DNA from: Gemmatimonadota bacterium
Lineage (GTDB): Bacteria; Gemmatimonadota; Gemmatimonadetes; Gemmatimonadales; GWC2-71-9
DNA: 64,000 nucleotides
Reading direction: 5' to 3'
Assembly (NCBI GenBank): GCA_036679645.1
Contig: JAZDCY010000014.1
Coordinates: 128,001 to 192,000 of the forward strand
The notes below the pieces were generated by a model, which was given only the letters and a program-made list of their open reading frames with translations, made no database searches and had not been told where the DNA came from. This document shows, piece after piece, positions 38,614-48,693 of the stretch. The position numbers were made by a program, and so were the translations under genes. The stretch's first letter is position 1. Each line of letters starts with the position of its first letter.

Positions 38614-41305
38614 ATCTCCCCACCCTCGACTCCAACTCATTCGAGAATCCACGCACGAGCTGCCACTTCAGCTCTCCACCAGAGACGGGCTCGATGAACA
38701 GAAACCGTTGGTCGTCGGGCGCGACGTCGTAGAGCGTCGCGTTGCGGTCGTTGAGAAACCGCGTGGCGGAGAAGAGCACGCGGCGGTCGCCGATGGAGAC
38801 GCCCGCCCCCGTGCGGACCTCCGCTGCAACGAGGTTGCCGGCGCGGTCACGATAAAACAATTCGCGCCCGGAATGCGCCCACCGTGGCTCGAAGCCGCCG
38901 TCGAGGGACACACGTGTCCGCGGCCCCGGGCCCGGAAACGGCTGCACCATGATCTCCTCGCGTCCCTCCTCGCCCGATACGTACGCCAGCCAGCGTCCGT
39001 CCGGCGAGAGCGTGGGCGCGAACTCGTCCGCGTCGGTCACAGCCAACGGATACGCCGCGCTGTCGGGATCGGGCCGCGCATAGAGAATATCGCGCTGCCG
39101 CGGTCCCACTGGACCCTGACGGAACACGAACCACTGGCCGTCGGGCGAATACTCGCCGTCCTGAACGGGAATCGACGTGACGCGCCGCAGCTCTCGCGCA
39201 GGCGTCTGACCGTGCGCCGGAACGCTCCACGCGGTGAGCAGGCCGTTCGCTCCCGGCGCAATGTACGAGATCATCTCCCCGCTGGGGTCCCAGGCCGGGC
39301 GGCTACCGCGCGGATCGACATCGGAGGCCCCACCGAATAGACGGGTCCACGGACCAAGCGGAAGCGTGTACACCCAGAGTGCAGGCACCCCATCCCGGCT
39401 TACTTGCGCGACGATTCGATTGCCATCCTGTGAGAGGGCGAAAGTGGCGAACTCCTGGGCCCGGCTCTCGCCAATGCCGGTGGCAACGCCCGCCCGATCC
39501 ACCCATGCCAGCCGGCTCAGCCGCGGTTCCATCTCGACATACAGCAGCGTACCCGCCCGGGAGAGCGCAAACGACGTGAAATCGTCGTTCCGAAATACGT
39601 TGGCGGCGAGGCTGACCGGCGGGCCGGCGAGCGTCAGCGTCTTCTCGTCGAACGGGGCTGCCGTCAACGTACGGTCGAGCGTGACGTAGACGAGCTGGCC
39701 GGTGGAGGCGACGCGGCCGAACGGGGCTCGCAGCAGGGCTTCACTCTGGCCTGTCGCGAATGCGTAGGTCATCAGCTCCCCAGCGTCCAGGCCTCCCGCA
39801 AGCGCGTTCAGATACAAGAGCCCGCGCCCCCCCGACAACGCCTGCTGGCAGATGTGCGCGTACTCACCTCGAGTGGAATCGATGGTCGTGATCACGGTGG
39901 GTTGCCCGCCCCGCTCCGGAACCCGCGAGATCCCGGCCGGCAGGCTATTCGTTGCGGGCCGAGGGAAGTAGATGTAGCCATCGTCGCCCCAGCACAGACC
40001 CCACTGCCCCGCCTCCGCAAGCGTCTGCGGCGTGCCGCCCTCGACGCTCGCCCATTTGACCACCCCCGGCGGGGCCAGAAACGCGACGCGCCCTCCGTCG
40101 GGGGAGAACCGGGGAAAACGGGCGCTGGCCGTTCCGGGCAGCGGGGTTCCGGCCGGCCGGTTTAATGCGCGCACCTCCAGTACCTGCCGTCCCGCGGAAT
40201 CGGCAGCAACGTACACGAGCTGCGCGCCGTCCGGCGAAATGTCCAGCACCTGACTGATCGGTATCGTGTCGACGTACGGCAGGGAAGCGATCGTCCAACG
40301 CTCGACCCGCTCCGGCGTCGCACGATTCACGATCAGGAATACTGCTGTTGCCAAGAGGGCACCCACAACCGCACCGCCGGCCGCGATGGGGAACACCGAA
40401 CGACGCTGCACCGTCGGCGCGGAACGGGCAAGGTCCGTCGAGGCAACGATCTGAAGTCGGCCTGCGAGAACTTCGCTGAACTCCTTCGCCGTCGCGAACC
40501 GGTCCGCCGCCAGTTTCTCCAACGACTTGGCCACGGCCGCCGCCACATGCGGCGGCACCGACTTTCGTAACTCCGTCACCGGCTGCACATCTTCCGCGAC
40601 AATCTTCATGATGATTTGCTGGGCGGACGAACCAACGTGCGGTGGGCTTCCCGTCAGCATCTCGTAGAGCACACTGCCCAACGAGTAGATGTCCGAACGG
40701 TTCGTGAGGTCCTTCTCCGCCGTCGCCTGTTCGGGGCTCATGTAGTGCGGCGTGCCGAGCGAGAGGCCCGTCTCGGTCATTCTTCCGCCGGCGGCTGCAC
40801 TCACCGCAAGAGCGATCCCAAAATCAGCCACCATGGGACGCCCGTCGTGGAGCAGAATGTTCTCCGGCTTGATGTCCCGGTGGATTACGCCCTGTTGGTG
40901 CGCGGAGTCCAGCGCGTCCGCGATGGCGGTGGTGATGCTGACTGCTTCGTCGATGCCGAGTTGGGTTTCGCGGTCGAGTTTCTGCCGCAGGGTCTCCCCG
41001 TCGATATACGGCATCACATAGTAGAGGAATTCCGTCCCGCCATCCCGCCCTCCCGCCGTCCCGCTGTCAAACAGCGGCAGGATGTTCGGGTGTTGAAGAT
41101 TCGCGGTGGTCGTGATCTCCTGCACGAAACGTTCGGCGCCCAGCACAGCCGCGAGTTCGGGTCGCAGCACCTTGACCGCGACCTTGCGCTGGTGCTTGAG
41201 GTCTTCGGCGAGATAGACGGTGGCCATGCCACCCGAACCGAGTTCGCGTTCGATTCGGTAGCGATTGGCGAGGGCGGTCGAGAGTCGGGAGGTGATTTTG
41301 GTCAT
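38612..41305 (-). CDS. Membrane Ser/Thr kinase with TolB-like beta-propeller
   Basis: Hanks motifs, TM, SPDG repeats; 6-aa insertion encoded by octamer repeats. Confidence 0.95.
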   Translation of the reverse strand: MTKITSRLSTALANRYRIERELGSGGMATVYLAEDLKHQRKVAVKVLRPELAAVLGAERFVQEITTTANLQHPNILPLFDSGTAGGRDGGTEFLYYVMPYIDGETLRQKLDRETQLGIDEAVSITTAIADALDSAHQQGVIHRDIKPENILLHDGRPMVADFGIALAVSAAAGGRMTETGLSLGTPHYMSPEQATAEKDLTNRSDIYSLGSVLYEMLTGSPPHVGSSAQQIIMKIVAEDVQPVTELRKSVPPHVAAAVAKSLEKLAADRFATAKEFSEVLAGRLQIVASTDLARSAPTVQRRSVFPIAAGGAVVGALLATAVFLIVNRATPERVERWTIASLPYVDTIPISQVLDISPDGAQLVYVAADSAGRQVLEVRALNRPAGTPLPGTASARFPRFSPDGGRVAFLAPPGVVKWASVEGGTPQTLAEAGQWGLCWGDDGYIYFPRPATNSLPAGISRVPERGGQPTVITTIDSTRGEYAHICQQALSGGRGLLYLNALAGGLDAGELMTYAFATGQSEALLRAPFGRVASTGQLVYVTLDRTLTAAPFDEKTLTLAGPPVSLAANVFRNDDFTSFALSRAGTLLYVEMEPRLSRLAWVDRAGVATGIGESRAQEFATFALSQDGNRIVAQVSRDGVPALWVYTLPLGPWTRLFGGASDVDPRGSRPAWDPSGEMISYIAPGANGLLTAWSVPAHGQTPARELRRVTSIPVQDGEYSPDGQWFVFRQGPVGPRQRDILYARPDPDSAAYPLAVTDADEFAPTLSPDGRWLAYVSGEEGREEIMVQPFPGPGPRTRVSLDGGFEPRWAHSGRELFYRDRAGNLVAAEVRTGAGVSIGDRRVLFSATRFLNDRNATLYDVAPDDQRFLFIEPVSGGELKWQLVRGFSNELESRVGR

Positions 41306-41321
41306 TATCTGATGTACTGCC

Positions 41322-41399
41322 GCGGATGATCACACGGACGCGGATCCGTGCCTCGGCCACGGAGTGCGGCGCAAATCCGTGTCCGAGTCAATGATCCGC
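41322..41399. repeat. Imperfect intergenic palindrome (second REP-like family)
   Basis: gcggatgatcacacggacgcggat ... atccgtgtccgagtcaatgatccgc; half copy at 38451-38474. Confidence 0.65.
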
Positions 41400-41410
41400 A
41401 ACCTGAACGT

Positions 41411-44086
41411 TCACCGCAACGCATTCACGACGACTACGAAACGGCTTTGCGCTTCACTGGCCGGATTGGCTGGAGCCACGATTCTCGATCCATCTGGATG
41501 GACGTCGAGTCCGTAATTGTTTCCCGGGCCTTTCCCTGCATGTACCCACGCCTCGCCGAAGTAGAAACGGTCGATCACGCGCACTTGTGCTCCAAATTCG
41601 ACGGTGACCTTCGAAAACCCGGAGCTCGTTGGTGAGCCGAAGAGGGCGCTCCCGTCAGGGCTCCAGCGCGTAAGCCCTGCGGGCCCCAGGAGAGTCCGAT
41701 TGGTACCGTCTGGGAAGGCACGCAGGTAGGATCGGGCCGCCCCCCCACCTTCATCGGAGCCAACCAGGGCCCACCGCGCATCGGGTGACAATGCGATGTC
41801 TAATTCGTCCACACCTCTGGTTTGGAGAAAGGGCCGGGAAACAAGCGACGAATCCCTGGACGAGTAGAGTATGTCGCTATTAAACGGGTCATCGGGCTCT
41901 GCTTCTGGCCAGGCAAGCCAACGGCCGTCGCGGGAGACGTCGATCGGTCCTGTGATCGTGCCTTCGTAGATTGTCTCGGCGGTGCCGGCACCGTCGGCGG
42001 ATATCTTCTTGATGCTGTGATACAGTTCCGCAGCCCGGCCCAGCTCGTCACCCTCGAGGAAAAGGATAGAATCGCCACTGGGAGTCCACGCGGGGTAGGC
42101 GCCATTGGCCACGAGGCGGATCCGGCTATGCCGCTCGAGATCGTAGATCCAGATACTTGCATCGATGGAGCCCGACTGGTACGCAATTCGAGCACCGTCC
42201 GGTGAGAACCGTGGTGCACGGGTGTCTCCGGTGATGGGCAGCTGTTCCACCTGGCCGTCGGTGGAGGCGATGATCAGGGTGGCGTGCGACACGCTCTGTG
42301 CCGTCACTAGCGTTCCCGTTGCCGAGATCGCGTACTCGATCACCTGATCGGGTCGGGTAATCACCGATTCGGCAATACGAGCTTCTCTTCCCACCGTCAT
42401 GCGATCGACGTCGATTGGCTGGGCAATGACGGAGCCGTCGCCATGGCCGGTCAGAAGGTGGCCGTCGGCGTACCGGGGCTGCCAGCCGAGCGCAAGCGTT
42501 GTGCGTTCCGTTGTTGTGAGTGAGAGTGCGTCGACACGATCTTCCCAATCGCCCTCCTCGGAGGCAACCACGGAAAAAATGATGGTCTTCCCGTCGGGTA
42601 ACACGTCCGGCCATATCAACCCACGCTCGCCCGCGGCCGCATCGACCTCGAGGATCGTGGCCAACGATCCGCCAGCAGCCGATACTCGTGACAGCCCTCC
42701 TGCTCTGGTCGCGACGACGATCGTGTTGTCCGGCAACCAGACCGCCCCCTGCGGAAAGTCAAACGTTGGGTCCCTAACCACCGTGCGAGGTGCTCCCCCC
42801 GCGACTGGGACGACCCACATGGACCGATCGGTATCGCCGAAATAGCCGATCTGATTGCCGTCTGGAGAGAAGAAGAGAGTTCTCGCGCCCAAGGTCTGTG
42901 GCAACTGCCTGGCCTCGAGCTCACCAACCGGGCGCACGTAGATGTGCCGACCGCCACCGCGGGGCCCTCCCGTGTAGGCGATCATTCGACCGTCTCGTGA
43001 GATGATCGCCGCCGGGCCGCAGCACCTGAATTCAATAACGTGCGTGGAGTCCGGGCCAAACGAAAAACGTGCCGGCACCGCAGTCGGTGTCGGGGTGGTC
43101 GCGATGCGCCCGATGACGATGCCGATTAGGAGCGCCGGTATCGCGCCGGCGGTGACTAGGAGCCCCGGGGTCCGCCACCATTCCCGCTCGTGGCCGTCAC
43201 CCCGACGTACCGTGCCAGTCTCCCGGCCTCCTCTCAGCGTCGCGCGAGTAAACGACGGGTCGTTGAGCGCGCTCCCGAAGGCCGCCGCACTGTCAAACCG
43301 GTCTGCGGGAAGTTTTTCGAGCGCCTTTGCCAACGCGGCAGCGACATGTGGTGGCACCGTCTTGCGAAGCTCGGTGACCGAACGCGCCTCTTCGGTCACG
43401 ATTTTCATGATGATGGCCTGCGCGGTCGGGCCGGCGTGCGGTGGATCGCCCGCCAACATTTCGTACAGCACGCACGCGAGGGAGTAGACGTCCGATCGAT
43501 GCGTGAGATCTTTCTCCGCCGTCGCCTGCTCGGGCGACATGTAATGCGGCGTGCCGAGCGAGAGCCCGGTCTCCGTCAACCGCCCGCCCGCCGCGGCACT
43601 CACCGCCAGCGCAATGCCGAAATCCGCCACCATCGGACGGCCATTGTGCAGTAGGATGTTCTCCGGTTTGATGTCCCGGTGGATCACTCCCTGCTGGTGC
43701 GCGTAGTCCAGCGCGTCGGCGACCTCCGTCGTGATCCGCACCGCTTCTTCGATGCCCAACTGCGTTTCGCGATCCAGTTTTGCGCGCAGTGTCTCGCCGT
43801 CGATAAACGGCATGACGTAATAGAGGAAACCGTCCGCCTCGCCCGAATCGAACAGCGGTAGGACGTGCGGGTGCTGAAGATTGGCGGTGGTCGTGATCTC
43901 CTGCACGAACCGCTCGGCCCCGAGCACAGCCGCTAGTTCAGGGCGCAGCACCTTGACCGCGACCTTGCGCTGGTGCTTGAGGTCTTCGGCGAGATAGACG
44001 GTGGCCATGCCGCCACTGCCCAGCTCACGCTCGATCGTGTAGCGATCGGCGAGGGCGCTGGTGAGGCGGTCAGGAGTCGTCGTCAG
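41411..44086 (-). CDS. Membrane Ser/Thr kinase with TolB-like beta-propeller; start codon uncertain
   Basis: Hanks motifs, TM, SPDG repeats. Homology to paralogs begins at CTG 44086, overlapping the upstream TGA. Confidence 0.9.
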   Translation of the reverse strand: MTTTPDRLTSALADRYTIERELGSGGMATVYLAEDLKHQRKVAVKVLRPELAAVLGAERFVQEITTTANLQHPHVLPLFDSGEADGFLYYVMPFIDGETLRAKLDRETQLGIEEAVRITTEVADALDYAHQQGVIHRDIKPENILLHNGRPMVADFGIALAVSAAAGGRLTETGLSLGTPHYMSPEQATAEKDLTHRSDVYSLACVLYEMLAGDPPHAGPTAQAIIMKIVTEEARSVTELRKTVPPHVAAALAKALEKLPADRFDSAAAFGSALNDPSFTRATLRGGRETGTVRRGDGHEREWWRTPGLLVTAGAIPALLIGIVIGRIATTPTPTAVPARFSFGPDSTHVIEFRCCGPAAIISRDGRMIAYTGGPRGGGRHIYVRPVGELEARQLPQTLGARTLFFSPDGNQIGYFGDTDRSMWVVPVAGGAPRTVVRDPTFDFPQGAVWLPDNTIVVATRAGGLSRVSAAGGSLATILEVDAAAGERGLIWPDVLPDGKTIIFSVVASEEGDWEDRVDALSLTTTERTTLALGWQPRYADGHLLTGHGDGSVIAQPIDVDRMTVGREARIAESVITRPDQVIEYAISATGTLVTAQSVSHATLIIASTDGQVEQLPITGDTRAPRFSPDGARIAYQSGSIDASIWIYDLERHSRIRLVANGAYPAWTPSGDSILFLEGDELGRAAELYHSIKKISADGAGTAETIYEGTITGPIDVSRDGRWLAWPEAEPDDPFNSDILYSSRDSSLVSRPFLQTRGVDELDIALSPDARWALVGSDEGGGAARSYLRAFPDGTNRTLLGPAGLTRWSPDGSALFGSPTSSGFSKVTVEFGAQVRVIDRFYFGEAWVHAGKGPGNNYGLDVHPDGSRIVAPANPASEAQSRFVVVVNALR

Positions 44087-45257
44087 GTCTCCGACAGCTG
44101 TTGTGATAGTCTCCGGAGCGAGATCGCCTTCACCGAATCCGCCATCGGCCACTCCTCGGTCCCACCATGTACCACGTACGCCTCGCTTGGCCGCAGGGTC
44201 GTGCACGCCAATCGGAAGCCCCGAGACACGCTCGGTGCGGTGGTACGTCTGATTTCGATCGCCAGTTCGACCTTCCCACCGCGCTCGAACACGAGATCTA
44301 TCTCGGCACCGTCCGCCGTTCGATAGAAGTACGGTGTGCGGCGCTCGCCCCCGGCAGCGATGAGGTTTTCGATGGCGAAGCCATCCCAGCTCGGCCCCAC
44401 AACTGGATGGCCGATCACGTCATTCCACGTCTCGAGATCGAGCAGGGCGTGCAGCAGCCCGCTGTCGCGCACGTACGTCTTGGCAGATCGCACCAACCGC
44501 TTCCCGACATTGCCACTCCACGGCCGCAACCGCCGCACCAGGAGCAGGTCCACCAAGAGGTCAACATACCGCGCAATCGCCAGCCCGGAGACCCCCAAGC
44601 TGGAAGCCAGTCGTGAGTGGTTGAGCAGCGTACCCTGCCCGTGTGCCAGCATGCCCCAGAGCCGCGCAATCGTTTCCGCCGGCAGCCGGGGCGCGAACAT
44701 CGGCACGTCGCGTTCCAGGTAGCTCCTGATGAAGTCGCTTCTCCAGGAAAAACTCCGTGAGTCATCCTTCGCCAGGTAACTGCGCGGAAACCCGCCCCGC
44801 ACCCACAGTGTATCCACGTCACCCGCCTCCCCGGTTATCTCGCCGACCTCCAGCGGGGCCAGTTCGACATAGGCCACTCGTCCGGCCAGCGATTCGGTCG
44901 TCTGTCGCATCAGATCCAGATCGGCCGATCAAGAAGCAGGAAATGCCCCGCCGCCTCACCGGCGGCGCGACGCATATCGATCACCCCGCGGAGGATCCCG
45001 AATAGTCCCGGAGCTCGATGTATCTCATCGATCACGACGAGCTTCCCGCTCTGGGCTCGGAGAAAGGCATCCGCATCATCCAGCCGGCGACGATCGGCGG
45101 GCCGCTCCAGGTCCAGATATACCGCGTTACCCACCGCATCGGCCACGATGCGTCGCGCGAGCGTCGTCCTACCAACCTGACGCGGGCCGAGGAGCACCAC
45201 GCTGGGTTCGGAGCGAAGTCGATCCTCGATCATCGCTTGCAGGCGACGGGGTATCAC
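44083..45257 (-). pseudogene. AAA_14 ATPase + DUF4143 protein, frameshifted
   Basis: GPRQVGRTT, VIDEIH, then ESLAGR, RGGFP, D.GLL, YFYRT..GAEIDL in another frame; 1-nt loss near 44930 (GGA->GA). Confidence 0.88.
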
Positions 45258-45259
45258 AA

Positions 45260-45298
45260 TGGCCGTAAATTGAACGTCACACGTTAATATTACGGCCA
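45260..45298. promoter_or_regulatory. Inverted repeat at the ATPase start (putative operator)
   Basis: TGGCCGTAA-N21-TTACGGCCA with inner AACGT/ACGTT. Confidence 0.55.
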
Positions 45299-45416
45299 AC
45301 GACGAGCCCATCAACCAGCGGACATCCGTCGCACCGCGGCGAGTTCGGTCATCTAGCCATCAGCGCTCCACACGTCACGCCCTATTTTGGTTGCCACTTG
45401 CAGCTGACGGTTCAAT

Positions 45417-45719
45417 TCAATTCCAAAGGGAGTTGCTGTAGACGCCCTCCCGAAACAGATCAAAACAATCGTTCACCTCCGGGTGTTCGATGCGTACTCC
45501 ACTGACGTCCGGTTCGAGATGCCGTTCAGCCACGTACGTTCGGTGCGATGCCCCATGGACGAGGACGTGATACCAAGGCTCTTCTTTGGGCGGACGGGAT
45601 CGAGCAACGTCATCGTACCACTCGTCCGAGCCTAGAAAGCATTCGTCCACTCCGATGATCACGCCTCGGTAGTCAAACTTCCGATGATGAACCGTTTGTC
45701 CAGTCGTGAAAGCGCTCAT
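45417..45719 (-). CDS. hspQ: Heat shock protein HspQ / YccV-like
   Basis: GQTVHHRKFDYRGVI.GVD, PPKEEPWYHVLV, TYVAE, IEHP. Confidence 0.9.
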   Translation of the reverse strand: MSAFTTGQTVHHRKFDYRGVIIGVDECFLGSDEWYDDVARSRPPKEEPWYHVLVHGASHRTYVAERHLEPDVSGVRIEHPEVNDCFDLFREGVYSNSLWN

Positions 45720-45726
45720 CGGAGCC

Positions 45727-46212
45727 TCACGATCGGGCGACCGCCGAGAGATCGGTTGCAAGAAGATCCTCAACGATCGCGAGATGATGTCGAGTGTGGA
45801 TGTGAATCAGTTTGATGGCCGCGTTCCGACGCATCACACCGAACACAAAGTGCTCGTACCACGCCGCAGGGTCGGCCGCTTCCGCCGACGCCAACGATTC
45901 ACGCGCACCGGCCAACAGCTGCTCGAGTTCCTCACGTGACACACTCGTAGAGGGCCGCACACGCTTCGGAGCCTGAGCGCGCCCGCGCGGCATCTTCCCG
46001 GTCGTGAGGACGATCCACTTGATCGGGGACAGCGAAGGCCGACGCGCACCGGCGGTGGATTCCACGACTGAACGCGCGATCCCATCCGCGCTCAGCAGCG
46101 TGTGATGTAGTTGTTCGCGTACGCACCAGGCGGAAACATTGGGGTTTCTCCGATCAAGGTGCGGGAAGTATTGCTCGATTTCATCCAATGCGGACGACTC
46201 GGTTCCAGTCAA
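45727..46212 (-). CDS. DinB/DUF1569-like four-helix protein
   Basis: VSAW.V.EQLHH, HFVFG, IHTRHHL. Confidence 0.75.
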   Translation of the reverse strand: MTGTESSALDEIEQYFPHLDRRNPNVSAWCVREQLHHTLLSADGIARSVVESTAGARRPSLSPIKWIVLTTGKMPRGRAQAPKRVRPSTSVSREELEQLLAGARESLASAEAADPAAWYEHFVFGVMRRNAAIKLIHIHTRHHLAIVEDLLATDLSAVARS

Positions 46213-46227
46213 TTGCTTCCTCTCACT

Positions 46228-46473
46228 TCACTTGCTAGAAAAATCGTTGAACCCAGACGCCATCTTCAAGACGTAGTATTCGTCGCCCGATACGAAACCG
46301 TACTTGATGTGGACGTCACCTGGTGGTTCCTCGAAATGCAAGAACCCCACCGGCGGGACTTCCACCTGACCTTCGGAATAGAGAACAAATCCGGTTTCGA
46401 TCTCCCGGATCACCTGCGGGATATCTACCAGGCGCTTGATCTCATCGAGTTCGAGTACGGTTGTCATGGGCAT
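46228..46473 (-). pseudogene. Ornithine cyclodeaminase/mu-crystallin N-terminal fragment
   Basis: IETGFVLYSEG.VEVPPVG.L....GDVHIKYG...YVLKMASGF, then stop at 81 aa; this family is normally ~320 aa. Confidence 0.75.
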
Positions 46474-46482
46474 GCCCCAAAC

Positions 46483-47121
46483 CTAGCAAACGCTCCCGAG
46501 CGCGACGCGAATGGCTTCGCCGCTGACGCCGCTCGACTCTTCCGACGCGAAGAAAGCGATCATCTCGGCGACCTCCTGAGGCGTGGCGACGCGGCCCGGT
46601 GGATACAGGGCAGCCCGGTCCTGCCAGTCCCGTGCGACCGATCGCATTAATCCGATTAATCCGTGCTTGGAGGCCGTGTAGGCGCTTCCCGCATACTCGG
46701 CGACCAGACCGGCCGTCGAACTGGTGTAGACGAGGCGTCCGTAGCCGCGTTCGACCATCCCGCGCACCACCAACCGCGAGAGGTGGAAGGGTCCGTCGAG
46801 GTTGATCCGCATCGTCTCGCTCCAGACGTTGGGATCCTGCTCCCAGATCACCCGCTCGTGGGCCGAGCCGATACCGTGATTGCAGACGAGGATGTCGATT
46901 GGTCCCAAGCGTCGCTCGGTTTCAGCGACGGCAAGCGCGCAACCCTCGCGCGTGCCGAGATCTGCGACCGTGTACTCGAGACCGAGCGCGGCCAACTCGT
47001 GTTCGCTGCGCGAGATACCCATGACCTGGGCACCACGCGCCGCCAGCAGCTCCGCGACCGCGCGCCCAATGCCTCTGCCTGCGCCCGTGACGAGCGCGAT
47101 CCGGCCCTCGACTCCTGCCAT
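46483..47121 (-). CDS. SDR oxidoreductase with probable internal deletion
   Basis: TGAGRGIG and YTASK present; the usual VNA.CPG.V.T segment after LMRSVA is missing. Confidence 0.8.
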   Translation of the reverse strand: MAGVEGRIALVTGAGRGIGRAVAELLAARGAQVMGISRSEHELAALGLEYTVADLGTREGCALAVAETERRLGPIDILVCNHGIGSAHERVIWEQDPNVWSETMRINLDGPFHLSRLVVRGMVERGYGRLVYTSSTAGLVAEYAGSAYTASKHGLIGLMRSVARDWQDRAALYPPGRVATPQEVAEMIAFFASEESSGVSGEAIRVALGSVC

Positions 47122-47311
47122 GCTCGGAACCTCCGTTGTGTCCTACGGCGTTCGCCCGGCCCGCGCCGGTGCACACTCCCTTAAGTGGGCTGCTCTGGCC
47201 TCATTGGTCAACTCCGCCGAATCCAAAGAACCGCTCGACTCGTAATTGTCTCGACCGGCATATCTCCGTATGCTCCCCAAGACGGTTCTCCTCGTACCAC
47301 AGGAGGGTCAC

Positions 47312-48433
47312 GTGACCCGTTTCTGGTTGGTGGCTTTGGCTTGCCCAGGCGTCCTCGCGGCGCAGGGGCGCTCCTTCAGGTGGACGAATCGCTACGTGCT
47401 CGGCGTAGAGCAGCAGCTGAGTGCGGGGCTGACGTTCGCGGACGTTGACGGTGATGGCGACATGGACGCGCTCGTCGCAAACGGTCGGCATTGGCCCCAG
47501 CGCAATGAGGTCTTTGTGAACAACGGAGCCGCACGCTTCACCGTGTCCTATGAGCTGGGATCGCGGAGCGCGACGACCTACGCCATCCCGGCGGGCGACT
47601 TGGACGGAGACGGCGACCCCGACGTCGTGGTTGCGAACGACATGGCAGAGAACTGGGTGTACCTGAACGACGGTGCGGGCCACTTCGAACCGGCTTGGCC
47701 GGTCGGGCCGGAGATCGAGCCCACTCGAAGCGCCCAACTCTACGACCTGGATGGCGATGGGGACTTGGACCTGCTCATCACCAACCGAGGGGCCAGCAAC
47801 GGACTTTTTCTGAACGACGGAAGCGGAAGGTTTGGACCGAAGCGCGAGTTTGGTGAGCCGCGCGGCTCGACCATTGCAGTAGCTGTAGGCGATGTCGACG
47901 GGGACGGCGACCCGGATTTGGTGCTCGCCAACCGCGACGGTCAGGCGAACCACGTGCTCCTGAACGATGGTCACCTGGGCTTCGAACAGAAGCGGGGCTA
48001 CGGCACGGGCAGCGACGAGACTCGCTCCGCGGCGTTGGCCGATCTGAATGGGGACGGCGTCCTCGACATCGTCAACGCGAACATCGGCGAGCCCAATGGC
48101 ATTTATCTGGGAGACGGAAGTGGCGGTTTCGATCGCGGCATTAGCGTGGGTGGGTCGGAGCAGTCTTACGCACTGGCCCTAGTCGATGTGGATCGCGACG
48201 GTGATATCGATGTCGTGGTAGCGAACGTTCGGGGACGAAACGAACTCTACCTGAATGATGGTTCGGGAGCGACTTGGACTCGCAGCCTGATCGGGGACGA
48301 ATCCTCCGTCACCTATGGCGTGGCCACCGCCGACCTCAACGCAGACGGGTTCGCCGATCTCGGGTTCGCCAATTCGGGCAGCGCCAACCTGATCTTCCTC
48401 AACGTCGAGGCCGAACGTAACCAGCCTGATTGA
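47312..48433 (+). CDS. Secreted FG-GAP/VCBS repeat beta-propeller protein
   Basis: Seven D(V/L)(D/N).DG..D....N repeats with LNDG; signal peptide; AGGAGG before GTG 47312. Confidence 0.9.
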   Translation: MTRFWLVALACPGVLAAQGRSFRWTNRYVLGVEQQLSAGLTFADVDGDGDMDALVANGRHWPQRNEVFVNNGAARFTVSYELGSRSATTYAIPAGDLDGDGDPDVVVANDMAENWVYLNDGAGHFEPAWPVGPEIEPTRSAQLYDLDGDGDLDLLITNRGASNGLFLNDGSGRFGPKREFGEPRGSTIAVAVGDVDGDGDPDLVLANRDGQANHVLLNDGHLGFEQKRGYGTGSDETRSAALADLNGDGVLDIVNANIGEPNGIYLGDGSGGFDRGISVGGSEQSYALALVDVDRDGDIDVVVANVRGRNELYLNDGSGATWTRSLIGDESSVTYGVATADLNADGFADLGFANSGSANLIFLNVEAERNQPD

Positions 48434-48527
48434 GTGGATCCCTTAGAAGCCGTATCCCTCAGTGTAGTGTCGAACCCGAGGCAGCCGTGTTACACGGCTA
48501 TCCCTTCTCCGACCCGCCGATTTTCAT

Positions 48528-48670
48528 TTTGTGGCGTGATTTCGGCTTTTATGGCGCGATAAGTTGTTTATTGGCGTGACATGGCTATTTGTGGCGCATT
48601 ATCGACTACACCAGATATATATGGCGCGATCTTCCATTTTATGGCGCGATGCTATATTATATGGCGCGAT
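48528..48670 (+). repeat. Seven phased direct repeats (consensus TWTATGGCGCGAT)
   Basis: TGGCG cores at 48532, 48552, 48572, 48592, 48622, 48642, 48662. Confidence 0.9.
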
Positions 48671-48693
48671 ATATACAGTAGGAGAGCCACCCA

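Noticed and set aside
44087..44206. 40-aa N-terminal extension of the kinase ORF
   Set aside because: It lies within the ATPase coding region and has no similarity to paralog N-termini.
48528..48670. CRISPR array
   Set aside because: Repeats (~12 bp) and spacers (~8 bp) are far too short, and no cas genes are in the window.
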